Under the pieces are notes generated by a model. The model ran no database searches and was not told the origin of the DNA. It worked only from the letters and a program-made list of their open reading frames with translations. Position numbers and translations under genes: made by a program. A stretch of 64,000 bases of DNA from contig CACKTS010000003.1 of the NCBI GenBank assembly GCA_902603095.1, forward strand, positions 728-64,727, written 5' to 3'. Of this stretch, positions 27,387-35,772 are shown piece by piece (the stretch's first letter is position 1; each line of letters opens with the position of its first letter). Source of the DNA: an uncultured Alphaproteobacteria bacterium (lineage in GTDB: Bacteria > Pseudomonadota > Alphaproteobacteria > HIMB59 > GCA-002718135).

Positions 27387-29168
27387 ATGCAAATATATAA
27401 AACTCCTTTAAGAGAGTATAAATTTCTAATAGATGAATTTTTAAATTTAAATAATAATAATATTTTAACAAATAGAAGTTTAGAAATTGATGATCTTATG
27501 ATGATATTAGAAGAGGCATCTAAAATGTGTGAAGAAACACTTTTACCCTTAAATGCTATAGGTGATCATGAAGGATGTTTATTTGATAATGGCAAAGTTA
27601 TTACTCCTAAAGGTTTTAAGGAAGCTTATAAAGTTTTTTCAGAAAATGGTTGGCAAGGAATTAAAGTTAAAGAGAAGTATGGAGGTCAAAATCTTCCTTA
27701 TATAATGAATATGTTTTTAGATGAAATGGTGAGCTCAACAAATATGTCTTTTGGTCTTTATCCAGGACTAACAGCTAATGCTATTGATGCTATAGAGAAA
27801 AGTGCTACTGATGAATTAAAAGAAATATATCTGCCAAATTTAACTTCAGGAAAATGGACTGGAACAATGAATTTAACAGAACCTCAATGTGGGACTGATC
27901 TTGGCTTAAGTAAAACAATGGCCCGACCGAATGAAGATGGGTCTTATAAAATTACAGGTACAAAAATATTTATTACTTGCGGAGAGCACGATTTAAGTGA
28001 GAATGTTATTCATTTAGTTTTAGCAAGAACTCCAAATGCTCCTGAAGGAATAAAAGGTATCAGTCTTTTTCTTGTTCCCAAAATTATTCCAAATAAAGAT
28101 GGATCTCTTGATAAAAAAAATAATGTTAAGTGTGGATCAATTGAAAAGAAAATGGGAATTAAAGCAAGCCCGACGTGTGTTATGCATTATGAAGATGCAA
28201 AAGGGTGGCTTGTTGGTGATTTAAATAAAGGAATGAAGGCCATGTTCATTATGATGAATGGTGCAAGATTATTTGTTGGAATTCAAGGTATAGGTCTTTC
28301 AGAAACAGCGTATCAATCAGCTTTGCATTATTCCAAAGAACGCATTCAAGGTAAACTTCCTGATAGTCATAATATAGCTGATCCGATTATTGTTCATCCA
28401 GAAATTAGAAAAAATTTAATGTTTATGAAATCTATGAATGATGGAATTAGAGGGCTTATGCTTAAAGCCGGTTATGCTTTTGACTTAATAGACTCAGAGC
28501 ATAGTAAGGAAATAAGTGATTCATCTGAAAATTTAATAGCTTTATTAACTCCTATTTTAAAATCATTTGCTACTGACAAATCAATGGAAATAACGAATCA
28601 AGCGTTACAAATATATGGCGGTCATGGATACATTACTGATCATGGAATGGAACAATTAGTTCGTGATGCAAGAATTACTCCAATTTATGAAGGAACCAAT
28701 GGTATTCAAGCTTTAGATTTAATTGGTAGGAAATTTAATATTCATGATGGATTAATTATAAATCAATATTTAGATGAAATTAATAAATTTTTAAATGATA
28801 ATAAAAACAATAAAAAAATACAAAAGTTTATTAAATTTTTTGAACCATCTTATAGTGATTTAAAAGATTGTATTAATTTTATAAAAGAAATTGAATTGAA
28901 AAATTCAAAGGAAATTAATTCACATGCAGTAGATTTTTTAAATATATTTGCTTTAGTTGCAGTTGGCTTCACTTGGTTGCAATTTATTGAAATTTCGTTA
29001 AATAAAAATGAAAAAAATAATGATGATTTTTATTTCTCAAAAATTCAATTAGGGGAATTTTATTTAACAAAAGTTATTTTTGAGACACAAAAATATAAAA
29101 ATAATATTTATACTTCTGGCAAATTGTATAATGATTTTGAAGATAAATATTTTGAAAGCGGAATATAA
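27387..29168 (+). CDS. Long acyl-CoA dehydrogenase (about 590 aa, with C-terminal extension)
   Basis: LTEPQCGTDLG, the QIYGGHGY and YEGTNGIQALDL ACAD motifs, and an extra C-terminal domain. Confidence 0.85.
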   Translation: MQIYKTPLREYKFLIDEFLNLNNNNILTNRSLEIDDLMMILEEASKMCEETLLPLNAIGDHEGCLFDNGKVITPKGFKEAYKVFSENGWQGIKVKEKYGGQNLPYIMNMFLDEMVSSTNMSFGLYPGLTANAIDAIEKSATDELKEIYLPNLTSGKWTGTMNLTEPQCGTDLGLSKTMARPNEDGSYKITGTKIFITCGEHDLSENVIHLVLARTPNAPEGIKGISLFLVPKIIPNKDGSLDKKNNVKCGSIEKKMGIKASPTCVMHYEDAKGWLVGDLNKGMKAMFIMMNGARLFVGIQGIGLSETAYQSALHYSKERIQGKLPDSHNIADPIIVHPEIRKNLMFMKSMNDGIRGLMLKAGYAFDLIDSEHSKEISDSSENLIALLTPILKSFATDKSMEITNQALQIYGGHGYITDHGMEQLVRDARITPIYEGTNGIQALDLIGRKFNIHDGLIINQYLDEINKFLNDNKNNKKIQKFIKFFEPSYSDLKDCINFIKEIELKNSKEINSHAVDFLNIFALVAVGFTWLQFIEISLNKNEKNNDDFYFSKIQLGEFYLTKVIFETQKYKNNIYTSGKLYNDFEDKYFESGI

Positions 29169-29170
29169 AA

Positions 29171-29476
29171 ATGACAATTAAAATTTACAAACCATCTAAA
29201 TCTTCAATGCAATCAGGTTTAGCTAAAACTAAACTATGGGTTGCTGAATATATTCCAGAAAAAGATAAAATCAAAGATTCTTTAATGGGTTGGAACAGCT
29301 CTTTAGATACAAAAGAACAGATTAAAATGTTTTTTCAAAAGAAAGAGCAAGCAATTGAATGGTCTAAAAAAAATAATGAACAGTTTATTGTTATTGAGCC
29401 AAAAGAAAGAAAAATTAAACCAAAAAACTATGCATCAAATTTTGATATGAATAGAAAAGAACCTTGGACACATTAA
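29171..29476 (+). CDS. ETC complex I subunit conserved-region protein (NDUFS4-like)
   Basis: IYKPSKSSMQSG...LMGWNSS...WTH is the pattern of the alphaproteobacterial NDUFS4 homologue. 101 aa. Confidence 0.75.
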   Translation: MTIKIYKPSKSSMQSGLAKTKLWVAEYIPEKDKIKDSLMGWNSSLDTKEQIKMFFQKKEQAIEWSKKNNEQFIVIEPKERKIKPKNYASNFDMNRKEPWTH

Positions 29477-29515
29477 TCTTTTGAAATTATTTATAGTATG
29501 ATAAAGGGCATTAAA

Positions 29516-29591
29516 GCGCCCGTAGCTCAGTGGATAGAGCAACCGCCTTCTAAGCGGTAGGTCAAATGTTCGAATCATTTCGGGCGCGCCA
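29516..29591 (+). tRNA. tRNA-Arg (anticodon UCU), CCA encoded
   Basis: GCGCCCGTAGCTCAGTGGATAGAGC, anticodon arm ACCGC-CT-TCT-AA-GCGGT, T-arm AATGTTCGAATCATT, acceptor GCGCCCG/CGGGCGC. Confidence 0.9.
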
Positions 29592-29611
29592 TTTATTTTA
29601 GAGGTCTATTT

Positions 29612-29953
29612 ATGTTGTATAATGTAAAATGTCATTGTGGTCTTGTAGAGCTAGAAGTTTAAACTGATCTTCAAAACATTAAACAATGCAACTGCTCTAT
29701 TTGCCTAAGAAAAAATGCAAAGATGTGTATGGTTTCCAAAGACAACGTGAAGATAATAAAAGGTAAGGACAACCTAAGTTCATATAAATTTAATACAATG
29801 ATTGCTGAGCATTTTTTTTGTAAAACATGTGGGATATATACTCATCATAATAGAAGAAGTGATCCTAATGGTGCTGCAATAAATATTGGGTGTATTGATG
29901 AAATTAATCCTTTTCATTATGAAGCTGATTTTATTGATATGAAAAATAAATAA
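29612..29953 (+). pseudogene. GFA/CENP-V family (glutathione-dependent formaldehyde-activating-like) gene interrupted by an in-frame TAA at 29660-29662
   Basis: The ATG at 29612 (AGAGG RBS) gives MLYNVKCHCGLVELEV, then a stop, then TDLQNIKQCNCSICLRKNAKMCMVSKD..., in the same frame as listed ORF 29723..29953. The CxC...CxCxxC Zn motifs are split across the stop. Confidence 0.7.
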
Positions 29954-29958
29954 TTATT

Positions 29959-30948
29959 ATGTCTTTGGAATTTTTAATTTCAAAAATAAAGTTAAATAAT
30001 TTTTTACTTATAGGAAGAGCTGGAGTGGATATTTATCCTGATCCTCCTGGTACTAAAACTGAGAATGCAAAAAATTTTGTAACACATCTAGGTGGTTCCT
30101 CAGCAAACATGGGTGTAGAATTAACTAAATTTGGAGGTTCATGCACTTTACTTACACGTGTATCTAATGATGCTCTCGGAAGATTAGTATTAAATCAATT
30201 AGATTTTTACGGAGTTAAAAAGAACTTAATAAAATTTGAGGACAATGAGTCAAGAATTTCATTTGCCATCGTTGAATCCACTACTGAGGATCATCAATCA
30301 ATAATATACAGACATAAAGCTGCAGATCTTTTTTTAAATATTGAAGATATAGATTTTGCCAATATTCCTAATTATGATTGTATATTAATCACTGGAACCG
30401 CATTAGCAGCTCAACCATCACGCGATGCTATTTTGTACGCTCTTGATGTTGCAAAAAATAATAATATTCCTGTTATTATGGATATTGATTATAGACATTA
30501 TACTTGGGAGTCTCAAGACACAGCGAAAGACATATATAACAAAGCCACAGAGAAATGTTCTGGAATAATAGGTAATGATGAAGAATTTGGAGTGCTCTCT
30601 GGTAATTATTCAGAGGGGTTAAATTATGCGAAAAACCTATCCATTAATTGTGATTTAGTAATTTATAAAAAAGGAGAAAAAGGATCAATCACTTTTGTTG
30701 ATAATAAAGAAATAAAAAAAGGAATATTTCCTGTTAGGCCACTTAAACCAACTGGAGCGGGGGATGCATTCATGGGTGCGCTAATTGGAGCTTTATTAAA
30801 AAATTATGATATAGAAAAAGCAATTGAAATTGGGTCAGCCGCAGCTGCTATAGTTGTAACTAAGGTTGGTTGTGCACCGGCTATGCCTGACTTAAAAGAA
30901 ATTTTAGAATTTATGAAAAATAATAGAATTAACCGAGGAGAAAAATAA
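29959..30948 (+). CDS. iolC: PfkB-family sugar kinase, 5-dehydro-2-deoxygluconokinase (IolC)-like
   Basis: IGRAGVDIYPD...HLGGSSANMGV N-terminus typical of IolC, and the GAGDAFMGALIG PfkB ATP motif. Confidence 0.7.
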   Translation: MSLEFLISKIKLNNFLLIGRAGVDIYPDPPGTKTENAKNFVTHLGGSSANMGVELTKFGGSCTLLTRVSNDALGRLVLNQLDFYGVKKNLIKFEDNESRISFAIVESTTEDHQSIIYRHKAADLFLNIEDIDFANIPNYDCILITGTALAAQPSRDAILYALDVAKNNNIPVIMDIDYRHYTWESQDTAKDIYNKATEKCSGIIGNDEEFGVLSGNYSEGLNYAKNLSINCDLVIYKKGEKGSITFVDNKEIKKGIFPVRPLKPTGAGDAFMGALIGALLKNYDIEKAIEIGSAAAAIVVTKVGCAPAMPDLKEILEFMKNNRINRGEK

Positions 30949-31787
30949 TGCATATACCACCGTTTGATAATAACAATAAGCCTATTGTTGATGTGGATGA
31001 TAAACACGTTCCACTTAATTATTTTAATATTGTTAAACTAAATAAGGATCAAAGTTTTGAATATGTTACTCCAGGTTATGAAACGTGCATTGTACCTGCA
31101 ACAGGTACCATTAATGTTTCAGTTGAAGGTTTTGAAGTAAATAATTTAGGTACTAGAACTGTTGATGTTTGGGATGGTGAACCCGAAGGCGTGTATGTTC
31201 CATCAGGAACTAAAGCTTCCTTTTCTGCTCTTAACGACTCAGAAGTTTTTATAGCAGGAGCAAAGTTTGAAAAAACATTAGAACCATTTGCTGTTAGGAC
31301 TGATGAAATTGATATTGTTCAATATGGTTCAGATGATACAAAAACACATAGAAAAATTAAACATATCCTTGGATCCAAACATCATGATAAAGTTGGCAGA
31401 CTGCTGTGCAATGAATTGTATACTGTAGGCCAAGGTGGTTGGTCAGGATTCCCTCCTCATAAGCATGACACTGATAGACTACCAGATGAAACCAGACATG
31501 ATGAAACATACAATTATCGTTTTCGACCAAATAATGGGTTTGGTTTTCAATTATTTCAACAAGTTGATGAGAAAGTTGGAAAAGCAGAACATATAATTGA
31601 CGGATCTACTATAGCTATTAGAACAGGATACCATCCTTGTGTTGTAGCACCTGGGTATGAAATGTACTATTTTACAATTTTAGGTGGACTGTCTCAAAGA
31701 TCTCTTGTTCAATATTTTCAACCTGAGCATGCATATCAGTTAGAAACGATACCAGGCATTAAAGATATGATTGCTAAATATAAATAA
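30948..31787 (+). CDS. iolB: 5-deoxy-glucuronate isomerase (IolB)-like cupin
   Basis: 279 aa. GFPPHKHD...ETYNYRF is the IolB-family signature. The start overlaps the iolC stop (TAATG). Confidence 0.7.
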   Translation: MHIPPFDNNNKPIVDVDDKHVPLNYFNIVKLNKDQSFEYVTPGYETCIVPATGTINVSVEGFEVNNLGTRTVDVWDGEPEGVYVPSGTKASFSALNDSEVFIAGAKFEKTLEPFAVRTDEIDIVQYGSDDTKTHRKIKHILGSKHHDKVGRLLCNELYTVGQGGWSGFPPHKHDTDRLPDETRHDETYNYRFRPNNGFGFQLFQQVDEKVGKAEHIIDGSTIAIRTGYHPCVVAPGYEMYYFTILGGLSQRSLVQYFQPEHAYQLETIPGIKDMIAKYK

Positions 31788-32617
31788 TGACCGCAGTATC
31801 TTTAAAAAAAATTTTAAATGATGCTAATAAAAATAATTATGCTGTTGCAGGTTTAGTTGTATTAGCTTGGGATGATGCTTTAGCTTTTACTAAGGCTGCC
31901 GATGAAACTGGCATACCAATAATTTTGCAGGCAGGCCCTTCTTGCAGAGCTCATACGCCTGTACCACTTTTAGGAAAAATGTTTAGATATCTTGCTGAAC
32001 AAACAAAAACTCATGTTTGTTGTCATATAGACCATGGTTATACCGTTAGAGAGTGTGTTGAGGGAATAGATTCAGGATTCACGTCTGTAATGTTTGATGG
32101 ATCAAAACTATCATTAAAAGAAAATATCAAAGTAACTTCAAAAATAGTGAAAAAAGCTCATATGGCTAAAGTGTCCGTTGAGGGTGAAATCGGTTTTGTT
32201 GGTTATGCTAATAGTAAATCTTCAGAAGGCACTTTAACTGATGAGGCAATTTCATTTGCAAAAAATAGTGGTGTCGATGCGATGGCTATATCTGTTGGCA
32301 ATACTCATTTACAAACTAATAAAGAAGCAAAAATAGATATAGCAAAAATTAAACAAATTCAAAAATCAACCTCAACACCTTTAGTTTTGCATGGAGGAAG
32401 CGGTATTCCTAATCACATAAGAAAAAAATTAGCAAAAGAAACTAATATTGCTAAATTTAATATTGGAACTGAATTACGCATGACTTTTGGTAATGCTCTA
32501 AGAAAACAATTAAAAAATAACCCAAGAATTTATGATAGATTGCAATTATTAAAACCAACAATTCCAGAAATTACAAAAATAACTAAAAAAATAATTAAAA
32601 ATTTTGGACCAAAATAA
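31787..32617 (+). CDS. iolJ: Class II fructose/tagatose-bisphosphate aldolase family protein (IolJ-like DKGP aldolase)
   Basis: CHIDHG, EGEIG and LVLHGGSGIP motifs of class II FBA-family aldolases. Start and stop overlap with iolB. Confidence 0.65.
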   Translation: MTAVSLKKILNDANKNNYAVAGLVVLAWDDALAFTKAADETGIPIILQAGPSCRAHTPVPLLGKMFRYLAEQTKTHVCCHIDHGYTVRECVEGIDSGFTSVMFDGSKLSLKENIKVTSKIVKKAHMAKVSVEGEIGFVGYANSKSSEGTLTDEAISFAKNSGVDAMAISVGNTHLQTNKEAKIDIAKIKQIQKSTSTPLVLHGGSGIPNHIRKKLAKETNIAKFNIGTELRMTFGNALRKQLKNNPRIYDRLQLLKPTIPEITKITKKIIKNFGPK

Positions 32618-33145
32618 ATGGGTACGATTTTCGTTGCAGCATTAAAAGAAGAAACTCCTCAATTAAGTAAATTTCATCATACTGGAGTAGGTAAAATTAA
32701 TGCCTCAATAAAATTAATGGAGTTAATATATTTATACAAACCTAGTCAAGTAATTAATTATGGTACTGCAGGATCATTAAAAAGAGAAATTAACGGACTT
32801 GTAGAGTGCACTACTTTTGTTCAACATGATATGGATGCAAGAGGTTTATTGAATTTTCAACTAGGTGAAACTCCTTTTGATTCAATTTCCACAATTGCAA
32901 TGTCAAGTAAAGGTTATACCTGTGGTACTGGAGATAAATTTGTTAAAAATCAATTAGATCTTGAATGTGATATAGTTGATATGGAAGCTTATGCTTTAGC
33001 AAAAATTTGCAAGATACATAAAATTGAATTTAAATGTTATAAATATATTTCTGATTATGCAAATGATGATTCTTCAAATGATTGGATTAAAAACTGCAAT
33101 AAAGGCGCTAGTCACTTCTTGTCTTTATATCCAACTTGTAAATAA
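32618..33145 (+). CDS. Short PNP_UDP_1-family nucleosidase (MTA/SAH nucleosidase Pfs/MtnN-like), 175 aa
   Basis: GVGKINA, NYGTAGSL, the DMEAYALAKIC catalytic-region motif and ISDYA. It begins the nucleotide after the iolJ stop. Confidence 0.6.
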   Translation: MGTIFVAALKEETPQLSKFHHTGVGKINASIKLMELIYLYKPSQVINYGTAGSLKREINGLVECTTFVQHDMDARGLLNFQLGETPFDSISTIAMSSKGYTCGTGDKFVKNQLDLECDIVDMEAYALAKICKIHKIEFKCYKYISDYANDDSSNDWIKNCNKGASHFLSLYPTCK

Positions 33146-33562
33146 ATGATTTTAAAAATTCTAGAAAAACTTGGAAGAAAAAAAACAGTACTAGATAGAG
33201 GGCCATCTCATCCAGAATTTGATAAAGCAAAACCGTGGTTAGAGAGATATTATTTACTATTTAGACATAGACCCCGTTGGTTTCCCTTTAATATTCTAAT
33301 CCATAGAATGTTGGATGATGATCACGGAGAAGGTGTTCATAATCATATGTGTCCTTACATTACAATTATTTTAAAAGGAGGGTATTGGGAGACTACATCG
33401 AAGGGAAAATTTTGGAGAAAGCCAGGCTATATAGGCTTCAGATCAGCCGATCACCTTCATCGAGTTGATTTAAAACCAAAAACCGATACGATTACTTTAT
33501 TTATACCAGGACCTTTTGGTACAAGAAAAACTAAAAGAGCAAATTATAATACAAAAATTTAA
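33146..33562 (+). CDS. Conserved hypothetical His-rich protein (138 aa)
   Basis: It starts directly after the previous stop. The pattern RWFPFNILIHRMLDDDHGEGVHNHMCPYITIILKGGYWE...HLHRV resembles an uncharacterised family I recall from bacteria and phages (LH.F...D....HDHPW....ILRGGY.E). Confidence 0.4.
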   Translation: MILKILEKLGRKKTVLDRGPSHPEFDKAKPWLERYYLLFRHRPRWFPFNILIHRMLDDDHGEGVHNHMCPYITIILKGGYWETTSKGKFWRKPGYIGFRSADHLHRVDLKPKTDTITLFIPGPFGTRKTKRANYNTKI

Positions 33563-33573
33563 TATAGGTGTTT

Positions 33574-33873
33574 ATGAATATAAAAAAAGCTTATTGGGTT
33601 GGCATGGTTAACGTTAAAAATCATGATGAATACAAAAAATACACAGATATAGCAGGACCAGCATTAATAGCTGTTAATGCTAAAATTTTAAGTAGAGGGG
33701 GTAAAATTATAAACTTAGAAGGAAAAGAAATGAATCGCTTAGTTGTTATCGAATTTCCGTCTATGGAACATGCTGAAATATTTTATCATTCTGATGAATA
33801 TAAAAAGGGTTTACAATATCTTAATAACGAAGTGTGTGACCGTTTTTTAAATATCGCCGAGGGTTTGGATTAA
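33574..33873 (+). CDS. DUF1330 family protein
   Basis: KAYWVGMVNVKNHDEYKKY...GGKIINLEG...VVIEFPSMEHAEIFYHSDEY is typical DUF1330. I prefer the ATG at 33574 over the GTG at 33568. Confidence 0.7.
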   Translation: MNIKKAYWVGMVNVKNHDEYKKYTDIAGPALIAVNAKILSRGGKIINLEGKEMNRLVVIEFPSMEHAEIFYHSDEYKKGLQYLNNEVCDRFLNIAEGLD

Positions 33874-34604
33874 GAAATACCATCAAATATTAATTTGCAC
33901 CCACATAGAAATAATAAAATATAAACAATATTAAAAAATAATTTTTCTGGTATTTTTTTTTGAATAAAGTATCCAATTAAAACACTAACAAATGCTAGTG
34001 GTAACAAAATTAAAGAGATCATTAAATTTGAAGGTGCTAGCAAACCAACATAATAATAGGGAATTAGTTTTACCAGATTAATAACTAAAAAAGCTAAAGT
34101 CATTGTGCCAATAAATGAAATTTTGTCTAATTTTAACGGAAGTACATAAAAATTTATAGGCGGGTTACCAGCATGAATTAAAAAACTTGTGTATCCAGCA
34201 ATTGATGACCAAAAATAACCTTTCATTTTTGTTGGTTTTAATAAAAAATTACTTTTTTGAATAAAAGATACTAGGACAAATATGATTGAAATAACACCTA
34301 CCATAATTCTTATTTGATCTTCATTAGTGTATTTAAATGTAAATGTTCCAAATAAAATGCCAATAATTGATGCAGGAATGATTATTTTTACAATTTTACT
34401 AATCCATTTTTTCCAATATAAATAGATAGCAGAGAAATCCATTATAATTAAAAGAGGAAGGAGAATTCCAGCAGCTTGAAGAGGGCTCATGGCGAAAGAC
34501 ATTACTGGTACAGCTAGCATCGCAATTGGTCCAGGTACACCACCTTTAGCTAGTCCAAAAACAAATACACCAAATGATGCGAAAATTAAAAAAACTGGAT
34601 CCAT
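33870..34604 (-). CDS. TauE/SafE-family sulfite/anion exporter-like membrane protein
   Basis: 244 aa with 7-8 TM helices and Gly-rich TM motifs in both halves (GLAKGGVPG ... ). This matches typical TauE/SafE architecture. Confidence 0.65.
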   Translation of the reverse strand: MDPVFLIFASFGVFVFGLAKGGVPGPIAMLAVPVMSFAMSPLQAAGILLPLLIIMDFSAIYLYWKKWISKIVKIIIPASIIGILFGTFTFKYTNEDQIRIMVGVISIIFVLVSFIQKSNFLLKPTKMKGYFWSSIAGYTSFLIHAGNPPINFYVLPLKLDKISFIGTMTLAFLVINLVKLIPYYYVGLLAPSNLMISLILLPLAFVSVLIGYFIQKKIPEKLFFNIVYILLFLCGCKLIFDGIS

Positions 34605-34611
34605 TAAATAA

Positions 34612-35772
34612 TTATTTAAGAACTTTTAGAGCATTTAATATATCGTTTATCTGATCTTTTGAATCTTCTAAGCCACAGTAAACACGAATTAAATTACCTT
34701 TTACATTACTCTTAAAGGTTCTTTTACTAAGTGGTGGAAAGGTTATTAAGCTTTCGAACCCTCCCCAGCTATAACCTAATTTAAAAATTTTTAATTTATT
34801 ATAAAATTTCTCAATAGATTTAATAGAATATTTTTTCTTTAAAGAGAATGCAAATAATCCAGAGCTTCCTGTAAAATCTCTTTTCCAAATATGGTGATTT
34901 GGAAAACTTTGTAGAGCAGGGTGGTACACTTTATCAATAAGAGAATGTTGTAATAATTCATTAGCTAAATTTAAAGTATTTTTCTCAATTTGTTTCATTC
35001 TTAAATTTAATGTAGGTATGCCTCTAAGAGCTAAGTATACTTCTTCTGAACCTGGGCACATTCCTAATGTTTTTGCTGTAGTCCTAATTTTTCTTGAATT
35101 TTTTTTATCAGAACTTACAAAACCAATTAGCACGTCAGAATGTCCATTTATATATTTTGTCCCTGCATCAATTATAATATTTATTCCTAGTTTTTTAGGA
35201 TTGCAAAATAAAGGAGAGGCCCAAGTATTATCAAGAACAGTGGGTATATTATTTTTCTTCGCTATTTTTGTAATAAAAGGAATATCTAAAATTTCAAAAG
35301 TTGCCGTTCCAGGAGATTCTAAAAATATTAATTTAGTTTTTGTATTAATATTTTTAGCAAAGTTTTTAATATTTTTTATGGGATGAAAATATTTAATTTT
35401 TACTCCATAATTTTTTAGTATTTTTTCACAAAATGTTCTTGTTGGACTGTAAACGGAATCATTTATTAAAACCTCATCATCTTTTTTTAAATAAGTAAAA
35501 AAGGGTATAACAAGCGCAGCTAATCCTGAAGAAGCAATAATTGTATCATGACAGTTATACAGTTTCGTTATAGCTTTTTCTAATTGATCTACTGATGGGT
35601 TTTTATTAATTCCATAAAGTGTTGTTCTATCATCATCATTAGTGATATCTTTAATATAATCTCCAAAAGAATTAAAAATCATTGTCGAGCCCTTATAAAT
35701 TCCTGGATTAATAAAACCTTTTTGCTTTTTTACATTTCTTGAAATTTTTGTAAGTTTGGTATCGATCTTCAT
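34612..35772 (-). CDS. metC: Cystathionine beta-lyase (PLP-dependent)
   Basis: It is collinear with my recollection of E. coli MetC: DNTWASPL, AGTKYINGHSDV (PLP Lys), HPAL...WKRDFTGSSGLFAF and YSWGGFESLI. Confidence 0.9.
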   Translation of the reverse strand: MKIDTKLTKISRNVKKQKGFINPGIYKGSTMIFNSFGDYIKDITNDDDRTTLYGINKNPSVDQLEKAITKLYNCHDTIIASSGLAALVIPFFTYLKKDDEVLINDSVYSPTRTFCEKILKNYGVKIKYFHPIKNIKNFAKNINTKTKLIFLESPGTATFEILDIPFITKIAKKNNIPTVLDNTWASPLFCNPKKLGINIIIDAGTKYINGHSDVLIGFVSSDKKNSRKIRTTAKTLGMCPGSEEVYLALRGIPTLNLRMKQIEKNTLNLANELLQHSLIDKVYHPALQSFPNHHIWKRDFTGSSGLFAFSLKKKYSIKSIEKFYNKLKIFKLGYSWGGFESLITFPPLSKRTFKSNVKGNLIRVYCGLEDSKDQINDILNALKVLK

